Source: Betaproteobacteria bacterium
GTDB lineage: Bacteria > Pseudomonadota > Gammaproteobacteria > Burkholderiales > SG8-39
Length of the DNA stretch: 64,000 bases
Assembly (NCBI GenBank): GCA_005881575.1
Contig: VBCA01000001.1
Coordinates: 21,611-85,610 of the forward strand
Direction of reading: 5' to 3'
Part shown: in pieces, positions 54,199 through 62,788 of the stretch
Numbering within the stretch: the first letter of the stretch is position 1
How the letters are laid out: every line of letters starts with the position of its first letter
The notes under the pieces: model-generated
What the model was told of the DNA's origin: nothing
Database searches by the model: none
The model's input: only the letters and a program-made list of their open reading frames with translations
Program-made: the position numbers and the translations under genes

Positions 54199-55077
54199 TC
54201 ACCCGGCAAGGAACCATCCGGTCGCGCCCAGCCACCCCGCTGTCGCCGCGATCAGGTGCGGATTGCGCAGCATCTCCCAGGCGGGATCACTGCCGCCCCC
54301 CTTCGAATACACGACTTGCAGGTACCGAAACAAGCCGTACAGCACGAACGGAAACGTGAGAAAGAGCCGGTCGGTGCGATGCAGGGCTATGGTGTCCGGG
54401 TCCACGGTGTACAGCGCGTAGCCGAGCGCGGCGCAAGCGACGCTGACCGCGATCAGGCAATCGAGCAGCGGCATGCTGTAGCCGTCGAGCGCGACGCGAT
54501 GCCCGCTCCCTGAATTCGCGGGGTCGGTCACCGCGAGCAGTTCGGCCCGCCGCTTGCAGAAGCCGAGAAACAGAGTGAGCATGAGGCCGCAGAGCAACAG
54601 CCAGTTCGACGGGGGAATGCCGATTCCCGCGGTGCCTGCGAGGATGCGCAGCATGAATCCGCCGGCGATCATGAACACATCGAGAATCGCCACGCGCTTG
54701 AGCCCGGCGCTGTATCCGATGTTGAGTACGATATAGGCGGCGGCGACCAGCAGCGCCGCAAGCGAGACGGCGGCCGCGAGGGCGACCCCGGCCAGCGCGA
54801 GGGCGATGCACAGCGCGATCGGGACGCCCAAGCCGATCTCGCCCCGCGCCAGCGGCCGCTCGCGCTTGTACGGATGCACCCGGTCGGCATCCCGGTCGGC
54901 GATGTCGTTGAGGATATACACCGCGCTCGAGGCGAGGCAGAAGGCGACGAACAAGACGAGCGCTTCCGCGACCAGCCTTGCGTCGTTCCATCCGTGGCCG
55001 AAAACCACGCCGATGAAAAGGAACCCGTTCTTGATCCACTGGTGGGGGCGCATCAGGCGGATGAGGGCGCTGGTCAT
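54199..55077 (-). CDS. UbiA-family prenyltransferase, decaprenyl-phosphate phosphoribosyltransferase-like
   Basis: 292 aa with LMRPHQWIKNGFLF and the Asp-rich motif YILNDIADRDADRVHPYKRERPLA, as in DPPR synthase (Rv3806c-type) homologues. Confidence 0.7.
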   Translation of the reverse strand: MTSALIRLMRPHQWIKNGFLFIGVVFGHGWNDARLVAEALVLFVAFCLASSAVYILNDIADRDADRVHPYKRERPLARGEIGLGVPIALCIALALAGVALAAAVSLAALLVAAAYIVLNIGYSAGLKRVAILDVFMIAGGFMLRILAGTAGIGIPPSNWLLLCGLMLTLFLGFCKRRAELLAVTDPANSGSGHRVALDGYSMPLLDCLIAVSVACAALGYALYTVDPDTIALHRTDRLFLTFPFVLYGLFRYLQVVYSKGGGSDPAWEMLRNPHLIAATAGWLGATGWFLAG

Positions 55078-55081
55078 CGGG

Positions 55082-56560
55082 TCAGTCCTTTGCAGGGCAG
55101 GTCGGCGTGCCCAGATAGCGTTCGCAGAAATAGCAGTATCCCTGCGGCAAGTACCAGGGAATGGCGTAGTACCGCTGTTGCAGCGGCTTCAGGATCTTCT
55201 CCCGGTACGCGGCGAAATCGAACCCGTGGCCGAGGACCACATGAAAGGTCGCGCCGGCGGATGAGATCGTGCGGTATCCGACGGACCGGAAGTAGGGTCG
55301 GTAGTCGGCATCCACGGGGGGGTCCTTGCGCAGCACCAGGATGTTCCTGCCGTCGAGTCGCCTGAAATCGGTCAGGATGTCGTCGTGGCGCGCGTGCGAG
55401 GAGGCGACACCGAATACGGCCACGTGCCGGCGCGAATGAAAGGACGCGACCGCCGACATCGAGTACCCGTCGGTGGCGAAATCAAATTCCTCGGCATAGG
55501 TTTCCATCTCCCTGAGGATTTCAGGCATGCGGGCGTGATACACGATGCCGTCGTAGAAACGCACGCTCTTCCAGGTGTCGAGCGGCAGCATCGCCGCGGC
55601 GAGGATCGCCGCGACGTGGAGGGCGCTGAACGCCCCGAGATAGAGCACCGAGCGCAGCAGCTGCTCGCGCGACAGCAAGCCGCCCGCCGCGACGAAAAAG
55701 AAAGGCACGAAGGCGAGCATCCAGTGCAAGCCGATCAGCTTGACCGCGGAGAGCAAGGCGAAAAATCCGAAGGGGAGCGCGAAGACGACGGCGAAAAACC
55801 GCGCCGCCGGCTCGCCGAGCGCGACCGCCACGCGCCGGCGCTCTTTTGCGAGCTGCCACAGGGCGACCGGGCTGAGCACGTAGAGCACCGAGACGCCATA
55901 GACGAGCGGCGTCTTCCAGGACCAGCCGGCGGTGTCGTGCCGGTTGTAGAGATTGAACATCAGGTTCGCCCAGCAATGCTCGTAGTTCCACCACAGGTTG
56001 ACGGCGGCGAAAGGAAGCGAACACAGGAGGACGAGCGCAAGCGCGCGCCAGTCGCGCTGCCCGCGCGGGGAAAGCGCGACATGAGCCACGTAGGCCAGTC
56101 CCAGCAGGACCGCGAAATACTTCGAGAGAAACGCCAGCCCGAGAAAGATGCCGGCGAGCGCGTGCCAGCCCGGTGCGCGCCGGACGATCCCCAGCCAGAA
56201 GGCGAACGCCGAGGCGAAGCAAAAGAAAACGAGCGGCGTGTCGGTGGTGATGAAGACGCCCCAGACATTGGCGGGCAGCAGCATGAACGCGAGCGCGGCG
56301 AGCGCCGCCTTCGTTCCGTCCGCGCGGCGCAGAACGACGTAGATTCCCGCCGCGAGCGCGAAGGGCAGCAGGGTCACCGGCAGGCGCAGCAGCCATTCCG
56401 CGCGCGACAGCTTGAGCAGAAGAGCGAGCAGCCAGCCGATCATCGGCGGATGATCGTAATAGCCGTAGTCCGGATAAGCGCCCCATTCGGCGAAATACGC
56501 TTCGTCGCCGGTGAAGGGAAAGACCGCGGACAGCCACAGCTTGAACGCGAGGATCAGCAC
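55082..56560 (-). CDS. GT-C fold glycosyltransferase (family 39 / ArnT-PMT-like)
   Basis: 492 aa with an N-terminal DEAYF motif in the first loop (FPFTGDEAYFAEWG), ~11 TM helices and a soluble C-terminal domain. The GTG start directly abuts a 21-bp inverted repeat, so the true start is uncertain. Confidence 0.7.
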   Translation of the reverse strand: MLILAFKLWLSAVFPFTGDEAYFAEWGAYPDYGYYDHPPMIGWLLALLLKLSRAEWLLRLPVTLLPFALAAGIYVVLRRADGTKAALAALAFMLLPANVWGVFITTDTPLVFFCFASAFAFWLGIVRRAPGWHALAGIFLGLAFLSKYFAVLLGLAYVAHVALSPRGQRDWRALALVLLCSLPFAAVNLWWNYEHCWANLMFNLYNRHDTAGWSWKTPLVYGVSVLYVLSPVALWQLAKERRRVAVALGEPAARFFAVVFALPFGFFALLSAVKLIGLHWMLAFVPFFFVAAGGLLSREQLLRSVLYLGAFSALHVAAILAAAMLPLDTWKSVRFYDGIVYHARMPEILREMETYAEEFDFATDGYSMSAVASFHSRRHVAVFGVASSHARHDDILTDFRRLDGRNILVLRKDPPVDADYRPYFRSVGYRTISSAGATFHVVLGHGFDFAAYREKILKPLQQRYYAIPWYLPQGYCYFCERYLGTPTCPAKD

Positions 56561-56575
56561 CGCGGTGCCCCAGAA

Positions 56576-56659
56576 AACCGGGGACAGACCACGTTTATCG
56601 CTGGATCCCGGGTCGCCGGTTTCCCTGACTCGATGGAAAAACGTGGTCTGTCCCCGGTT
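56576..56659 (-). terminator. long perfect inverted repeat (21-bp arms, 42-nt spacer); candidate terminator of the DAHP synthase gene or a REP-like element
   Basis: aaccggggacagaccacgttt (56576-56596) and aaacgtggtctgtccccggtt (56639-56659) are exact reverse complements. On the minus strand the structure is followed by TTTTCT. It starts 5 nt after the stop at 56664. Confidence 0.45.
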
Positions 56660-56663
56660 GTCG

Positions 56664-57734
56664 CTAGGATTCTTCGGCTTTCACCAGCCGGCGCTTGCGC
56701 ACCGCTTCGGCGAGATTCCTGAGCAGCGGCACGCTGTCCTCCCAGCCGACGCAAGCGTCGGTGATGCTCTGGCCATATACGAGGGGCTTTCCCGGGACGA
56801 GATCCTGGCGGCCCGCCTTCAGGTGCGATTCGACCATGAGGCCGATGACTCGATCCTCGCCGGCGGCGACCTGGCGCGCGACCTCGCGCGCGACGTCGAT
56901 CTGACGCTGATATATCTTCTGGCTGTTCGAATGGCTGCAATCGACCATCAGGCGCTGCTCGAGCCCGGCGCCGGCCAGCTCCTTGGCCGCAGCGTCGACG
57001 CTTCCGGCGTCGTAATTAGGATGTTTTCCGCCGCGCAGGATGATGTGGCAGTCCTCGTTTCCGTTGGTCGAGACGATGGCGGAGTGCCCCTCCTTGGTCA
57101 CCGAAAGGAAATGGTGGGGAGTGCGCGCAGCCTTCAGCGCGTCGACCGCGATGCGCACGTTCCCGTCGGTGCCGTTCTTGAAGCCGACCGCGCACGACAG
57201 CCCGGAGGCGAGCTCGCGATGCACCTGCGATTCCGTGGTGCGTGCGCCGATCGCGCCCCAGCTCACCAAGTCCGCATAGTACTGCGGCGAGATCATGTCC
57301 AGAAACTCCGTGCCGGCAGGCAGCCCCGCCTCGTTGATGTCCATGAGCAGCTCGCGCGCGAGGCGCAGCCCCTTGTTGATTTGAAAGCTGCCGTCGAGGT
57401 CCGGATCGTTGATCAGCCCCTTCCAGCCCACGGTCGTGCGGGGCTTCTCGAAGTAGACCCGCATGACGATGACGAGGTCGCGCTCGAGTTCCTTTCTCAT
57501 TTCGACGAGCCTGCGCGCGTACTCGAGGCCCGCCTTGGCATCGTGGATCGAGCACGGGCCGATGATGACGAGAATCCTGTCGTCCGAACCGTGAAGCAGG
57601 CGGTGAATCGCCTGCCGCGTGTTATAGGTCAGCTCCTCGGTTTTTTCCGAGCAGGGAAATTCGCGCAGCAGGAGTGCGGGCGGCGCGAGCTCCTTGATCT
57701 CCCGGATTCTGACGTCGTCGACCTTGAAGTGCAT
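56664..57734 (-). CDS. aroG: 3-deoxy-7-phosphoheptulonate (DAHP) synthase, class I
   Basis: Trimmed to the ATG at 57734 (MHFKVDDVRIREIKELAPPALLLREFP...). Motifs IIGPCSIHD and KPRTTVGWKGLINDP are present. Which isozyme (aroF/G/H type) cannot be told from the sequence alone. Confidence 0.85.
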   Translation of the reverse strand: MHFKVDDVRIREIKELAPPALLLREFPCSEKTEELTYNTRQAIHRLLHGSDDRILVIIGPCSIHDAKAGLEYARRLVEMRKELERDLVIVMRVYFEKPRTTVGWKGLINDPDLDGSFQINKGLRLARELLMDINEAGLPAGTEFLDMISPQYYADLVSWGAIGARTTESQVHRELASGLSCAVGFKNGTDGNVRIAVDALKAARTPHHFLSVTKEGHSAIVSTNGNEDCHIILRGGKHPNYDAGSVDAAAKELAGAGLEQRLMVDCSHSNSQKIYQRQIDVAREVARQVAAGEDRVIGLMVESHLKAGRQDLVPGKPLVYGQSITDACVGWEDSVPLLRNLAEAVRKRRLVKAEES

Positions 57735-58018
57735 GCTTGTCGCCGGTCCGTGGCGGGCCTTCTCTAAGGAGCTGAAAAGTTTGAATTTTACCCGAATAAA
57801 TCGGTTGCGGCCGGTCAGCGGCAAGCAAGCCTTGCAGCCCCATAACGACGGCCTCGGCTCCTGCCAGTGCCCAAAAAGTCACGCCGCTGGCAGACGCGGC
57901 GCGAGAGTGCCAGAAACCGGCGGTCAACGCCGCGAAACCGCAGGCCGTTGAAGGTGTCAGATTGGATTGTGGGCATCGTTCCTGCGTGATAAGTTGCATT
58001 CGCGTGGAGAAAAACCAG

Positions 58019-58990
58019 ATGACGACAGCAGCGGTCAACATCCCGATCGGAGGATTCAAGGATGTCTATGACGTCGCGGAAGTCGACCGCGCGCTGCAGG
58101 AGCTTTCCGCTTCGGCGAACGAAGCGCTGAAGTCCACTTATGAAAAAATGATCAAGGCGGGCGGCACCCGCCTCACGGTGAAGCCCTCGGGGATTCCGGC
58201 GATGGAAAGTCTCTACGAAGAGCTTCCCAACTTCGCGGGGGTCCTCGACGACGTCAAGAAGCACATCGCGCTGTGCGCTTCGTCCAACGACTGCCTGGAG
58301 GTGCCGCCGATGCTCCTGCTCGGAGAACCGGGAATCGGCAAGACCTATTTCGCCAGGCGCCTGGCGCAGCTCCTTTCCACGGGTTTCGGCCTGTGCTCGA
58401 TGAGCTCGATGACTGCAGGCTGGGTCCTCTCCGGAGCTTCATCGCAATGGAAGAACGCCAAGCCCGGAAAAGTATTCGAGACCATTCTGAACGGTACCTA
58501 CGCCAACCCGGTGATCATGGTCGACGAGCTCGACAAGGCAGGCGGCGGCAATCAATATGATCCTCTGGGCGCGCTCTACACGCTGCTCGAGCGCGACACG
58601 GCAGCGGAGTTCGTGGATGAGTTCGTCGAGATCCCGATCGATGCCTCGGGCGTCGTGTGGATCGCGACTGCGAACGACGGAGGCAAGATCCCGGATCCCA
58701 TCCTCAACCGGATGAATGTCTACGAGGTCGCCTCGCCCGACCGGGACGGATCGGCCCGCATCGCGCAGGCGATCTACGCGGAGATCCGCGGCAGCCACGA
58801 CTGGGGCAAGGACTTTCCCGAAAGGCTCGCGGAGGAGGTGCAGGAGCGGGCCGCGGAGCTCTCTCCCCGGGAGATGCGCCGCGCCATCATGAACGCGTTC
58901 GGCACCGCGAAGCTCGCAGGCCGGGATGAAATCGACGTCTCCGACATCGACGACGCTCGCTCGCCGAAAAAGCAGCGGATAGGCTTCTAG
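58019..58990 (+). CDS. AAA+ ATPase (Lon-like ATPase core, no protease domain)
   Basis: Trimmed to the ATG at 58019 (MTTAAVNIP...). Walker A LLGEPGIGKT, Walker B VIMVDELDK and a sensor region IATANDGGKIPDPILNRM. Confidence 0.65.
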   Translation: MTTAAVNIPIGGFKDVYDVAEVDRALQELSASANEALKSTYEKMIKAGGTRLTVKPSGIPAMESLYEELPNFAGVLDDVKKHIALCASSNDCLEVPPMLLLGEPGIGKTYFARRLAQLLSTGFGLCSMSSMTAGWVLSGASSQWKNAKPGKVFETILNGTYANPVIMVDELDKAGGGNQYDPLGALYTLLERDTAAEFVDEFVEIPIDASGVVWIATANDGGKIPDPILNRMNVYEVASPDRDGSARIAQAIYAEIRGSHDWGKDFPERLAEEVQERAAELSPREMRRAIMNAFGTAKLAGRDEIDVSDIDDARSPKKQRIGF

Positions 58991-59000
58991 CCGATCGCTC

Positions 59001-61616
59001 TCAAAGCCGCTGCTCCACCCACTGGCGCACCGAGCCGAGCGCGGCCGGGACTTTGGCGGGTTCGGTACCGCCCGCCTGCGCCATGTCCGGCCTGCCGCCG
59101 CCTTTGCCGCCCACCTGCTGCGCGACGTAGTTGACGAGCTCGCCGGCCTTGAGCCTCGCGGTGAGATCCGCTGTCACGCCGGCGATGAGGTTCACCTTCC
59201 CCCCTTCGGTCGAGCCGAGCACGATCGCGGCGGATTTCAGCTTGTCTTTCAGCTTGTCGAGCGTCTCGCGCAGGGTTTTCGCATCGGCGCCGTCGAGCGC
59301 GGCCGCGAGCACCTTGATGCCCTTCACCTCGACGGCCTGCGCCGCGAGATCGTCGCCCTGGCTGGCCGCGAGCCTGGACTTGAGGCGCGCGAGCTCCTTT
59401 TCCAACGCCCTCTTCTCCTCCCGCTCCGCCTTGAGCTTTTCCTTCAGCGCGTCGCCCGACGCTTGATAGAACCCTTCGACGAAATGCCGCTCGTCCTCCA
59501 TGGCCTGCACCCAGGCGAGCGCGCCCTCGCCGGTGGTCGCCTCGACGCGGCGCACGCCCGCAGCGACGCCGCCCTGGGAGATGATCTTGAAGAAGCCGAT
59601 GTCGCCGGTGCGGGCGACGTGCGTGCCCCCGCACAGCTCGCGCGAGGAGCCGATGTCCAGAACCCGCACCTCGTCGCCGTACTTCTCGCCGAACAAGGCC
59701 ATGGCACCGCCTTTGACGGCGTCGTCGAACTTCATGATGCGCGCCGAAGTCGCCTCGTTTCTGAGAATTTCCGCGTTGACCATCGCTTCGATGCGGCGGA
59801 CCTGTTCGTCGGTCATCGTCGCGTCGTGCGAGAAGTCGAAGCGCGTCTTGTCGGCGTCCACGAGCGACCCCTTTTGCTGCACGTGCGGCCCCAGCACCTC
59901 GCGCAGGGCCCGGTGCATCAAATGGGTGGCCGAATGATTGCGCATGGTGCGCGCGCGCCGCTGCGCGTCCACTCGCGCCACCACCTTGTCGCCAACGGCG
60001 AGCCGGCCGGTCGCGAGCGCGCCGTGATGGCCGAACACTTCTGACTGGATTTTCTGCGTGTCGGAAACGACGAAGGTCCCGCCCGGGGCGACGATCTCGC
60101 CCGCGTCGCCCACTTGGCCGCCCGATTCGGCGTAGAACGGGGTCTTGTTCAGCACGACGATGGCGGCTTCGCCCGCCGCGATGGCCGGCACCGAAGTCCC
60201 CTCCCTGTAGAGGGCCTCCACTTTGGCGTCGTCGAGCGCAAGCGTGTCGTAGCCGCGGAACTCCGTCGCGCGGCCGGAGTACTCGACGCCCGCGTCGATC
60301 TTGAATTTGCCCGCGGCCCGGGCGCGCTCGCGCTGGCGCTGCATCGCCGCCTCGAACCCCGCGTGGTCGATCATGATGCCGCGCTCGCGCGCCATGTCCG
60401 CGGTCAGATCGACCGGAAAACCGAAGGTGTCGTAGAGCTGGAACACGGTTTCGCCGTCGAGCATGCGGTCTTCGCGGTGCAGCGCGCCCTCGAGCACTTT
60501 CATGCCGTTCTCCAGCGTCTCGGCGAAGCGCTCCTCCTCGACCTCGAGCACCTGGGTGACGCGCTCCTTCGCCCGCGGGAGGTCCGGATAGGCCTCGCCC
60601 ATCGCGCGCGACAAGTCCCCGACGAGGCGGTGGAAGAAAGGCTTCTTGCGCCCGAGCTTGTAGCCGTGGCGGATGGCGCGGCGGATGATGCGGCGAAGCA
60701 CGTAACCGCGTCCTTCGTTTCCGGGTATGACGCCGTCCACGACGAGAAACGCGCACGCGCGGATGTGATCGGCGATCACGTTCAGCGAATTGTTCGCGAG
60801 GTCTTTCGTCCCCGTCTCCCGCCCCGCGGCGCGTATCAGATCCCGGAACAGGTCGATCTCGTAGTTCGAGTGCACGCCCTGGAGAACGGCTGCGATCCGC
60901 TCCAGGCCCATGCCCGTGTCCACGCAGGGTTTGGGCAGCGGCGCCACCGCGCCCTTGTCGTCCCGATTGAACTGCATGAAAACGAGATTCCAGATCTCGA
61001 TGTAGCGATCGCCTTCGGCTTCGCTCGAGCCGGGCGAGCCGCCAGGGATCCCGGGCCCGTGGTCGTAGAAAATCTCGCTGCAGGGACCACAGGGGCCCGT
61101 GTCGGCCATCTGCCAGAAGTTGTCGCTCTGGTATCTCGGGCCTCCGGGCTTGTCGCCGATGCGTATGCAGCGCCCTTTCGGCACGCCGATCTCCTTCGTC
61201 CAGAGATCGTAGGCTTCGTCGTCCTCGTGATACACCGTCGTCCACAGGCGTTCCGGTGGCAGCTTGTACACCTGGGTCAGCAGGTCCCAGGCGTAGCGGA
61301 TCGCGTCGCGCTTGAAGTAATCGCCGAATGAAAAGTTGCCGAGCATCTCGAAGAACGTCTGGTGGCGCGCGGTGTAGCCGACGTTCTCCAGATCGTTGTG
61401 TTTTCCGCCCGCGCGCAGGCACCGCTGTGCGGTCGTGGCGCGCTTGTAGGCGCGGGTCTCCCTGCCGAGAAACACATCCTTGAACTGCACCATGCCCGAG
61501 TTCGTGAAAAGCAGCGTGGGGTCATTTACCGGCACGAGCGGGCTCGAGGCGACGACCGCGTGGCCGCGCTCTTCGAAGAACTTGAGAAACTTTGCCCTGA
61601 TTTCGGACGATTTCAT
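59001..61616 (-). CDS. alaS: alanine--tRNA ligase
   Basis: Trimmed to the ATG at 61616 ([29 protein letters not shown]...). A full-length class II AlaRS with the editing-domain HxxxH motif (HSATHLMH) and a C-terminal DHHA1-like region. Confidence 0.95.
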   Translation of the reverse strand: MKSSEIRAKFLKFFEERGHAVVASSPLVPVNDPTLLFTNSGMVQFKDVFLGRETRAYKRATTAQRCLRAGGKHNDLENVGYTARHQTFFEMLGNFSFGDYFKRDAIRYAWDLLTQVYKLPPERLWTTVYHEDDEAYDLWTKEIGVPKGRCIRIGDKPGGPRYQSDNFWQMADTGPCGPCSEIFYDHGPGIPGGSPGSSEAEGDRYIEIWNLVFMQFNRDDKGAVAPLPKPCVDTGMGLERIAAVLQGVHSNYEIDLFRDLIRAAGRETGTKDLANNSLNVIADHIRACAFLVVDGVIPGNEGRGYVLRRIIRRAIRHGYKLGRKKPFFHRLVGDLSRAMGEAYPDLPRAKERVTQVLEVEEERFAETLENGMKVLEGALHREDRMLDGETVFQLYDTFGFPVDLTADMARERGIMIDHAGFEAAMQRQRERARAAGKFKIDAGVEYSGRATEFRGYDTLALDDAKVEALYREGTSVPAIAAGEAAIVVLNKTPFYAESGGQVGDAGEIVAPGGTFVVSDTQKIQSEVFGHHGALATGRLAVGDKVVARVDAQRRARTMRNHSATHLMHRALREVLGPHVQQKGSLVDADKTRFDFSHDATMTDEQVRRIEAMVNAEILRNEATSARIMKFDDAVKGGAMALFGEKYGDEVRVLDIGSSRELCGGTHVARTGDIGFFKIISQGGVAAGVRRVEATTGEGALAWVQAMEDERHFVEGFYQASGDALKEKLKAEREEKRALEKELARLKSRLAASQGDDLAAQAVEVKGIKVLAAALDGADAKTLRETLDKLKDKLKSAAIVLGSTEGGKVNLIAGVTADLTARLKAGELVNYVAQQVGGKGGGRPDMAQAGGTEPAKVPAALGSVRQWVEQRL

Positions 61617-61710
61617 GAATTCCCGGGACGACTCCTTGAAGCGCCCGATTTTCGCCCGATTCACCGGCTCGTGCAACGACTCTTCGGTATTGAGTTAAGC
61701 TTAGCGCGGC

Positions 61711-62772
61711 ATGCTGGGACGGATACTGAAAGATCTATTCGCGCCGAACGTCCGCCTGCGGCCCGGGCAGACCGCCTTCCAAGCCGGGGTGGAGGCGTAC
61801 AAGGCGGGTGAGCTTGCCGCCGCCGCAGAGCATTTTGCCGCCACGCTGCGCGCAGAACCCGAACACCTTGAGGCGCACAGCTACGCAGGCGGGATCGATT
61901 TGCGGACGGGGCGCTTCCGAGAGGCGCTCGGGCATTTCGAGCGGGCCCGCATGCTCGACCCGCGAAACGCCGAGTGCCATTTCGGCGCGGCCGTGGCGCA
62001 GCGGGAGCTGGGCGCGAACGAGGCCGCGCGCGAATGCTGCGAAACGGCGCTTGCGCTCGACCCCGGGATGCACCCCGCGCATGACTTCCTCGCGGGCCTC
62101 AACTTTCCCGGCCCCTACTATCTCGAAGTCATCTCGATGTTCCATTCGCATTTGCGTCCGCGCACTTACCTGGAGATCGGCGTCGAGACCGGGCAATCGA
62201 TCGCGCTCGCCCGGCCCGAAACGCGCGCGATCGGTATCGACCCCGAACCCAAGATCGCCCAGCGACTCCCTCCCGGCGCGAGCATACATTCGACCACGAG
62301 CGACGAGTACTTCGCCGCTCACGACGTGCAAGCGGAGCTCGGCGGCTTGCCCATCGATCTCGCTTTCATCGACGGGATGCACCGATTCGAATTTGCGCTG
62401 CGCGACTTCATCAATATCGAGAAGCACTGCACGTCACGATCGACGATACTGATTCACGACTGCTACCCCTTGTCCCGCCACACCGCCGAACGAGAGCGCC
62501 GAACCACCTTCTGGAGCGGCGACATATGGCGACTCGTCCTCCTCCTGAGGAAATATCGTCCCGATCTGAGCGTGAAAGTGATCGGCACGGCGCCGACCGG
62601 CCTGGGCGTGGTGCGCCGTCTCGACCCCGGTTCGGGCGTCCTGCGAGAGAAGTACGATGCGATCGTCGGGGAGTTTCTGGCGCTCGACTATTCGGTGCTC
62701 GACGCCGACAAGCCGGGAATGCTCGCCCTCTATCCCAACGACTGGGAGAAGGTGAAGGCGATTCTCCAGTAA
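61711..62772 (+). CDS. TPR-repeat + class I SAM-dependent methyltransferase (Methyltransf_24-like) protein
   Basis: 353 aa. The N-terminal ~130 aa are TPR-like (AFQAGVEAYKAGELAAAAEHFAATLRAEPEH...). The C-terminal part carries YLEIGVETGQS and DLAFIDGMHRFE motifs. Confidence 0.65.
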   Translation: MLGRILKDLFAPNVRLRPGQTAFQAGVEAYKAGELAAAAEHFAATLRAEPEHLEAHSYAGGIDLRTGRFREALGHFERARMLDPRNAECHFGAAVAQRELGANEAARECCETALALDPGMHPAHDFLAGLNFPGPYYLEVISMFHSHLRPRTYLEIGVETGQSIALARPETRAIGIDPEPKIAQRLPPGASIHSTTSDEYFAAHDVQAELGGLPIDLAFIDGMHRFEFALRDFINIEKHCTSRSTILIHDCYPLSRHTAERERRTTFWSGDIWRLVLLLRKYRPDLSVKVIGTAPTGLGVVRRLDPGSGVLREKYDAIVGEFLALDYSVLDADKPGMLALYPNDWEKVKAILQ

Positions 62773-62788
62773 GCCTCCCCGCGCGGGC

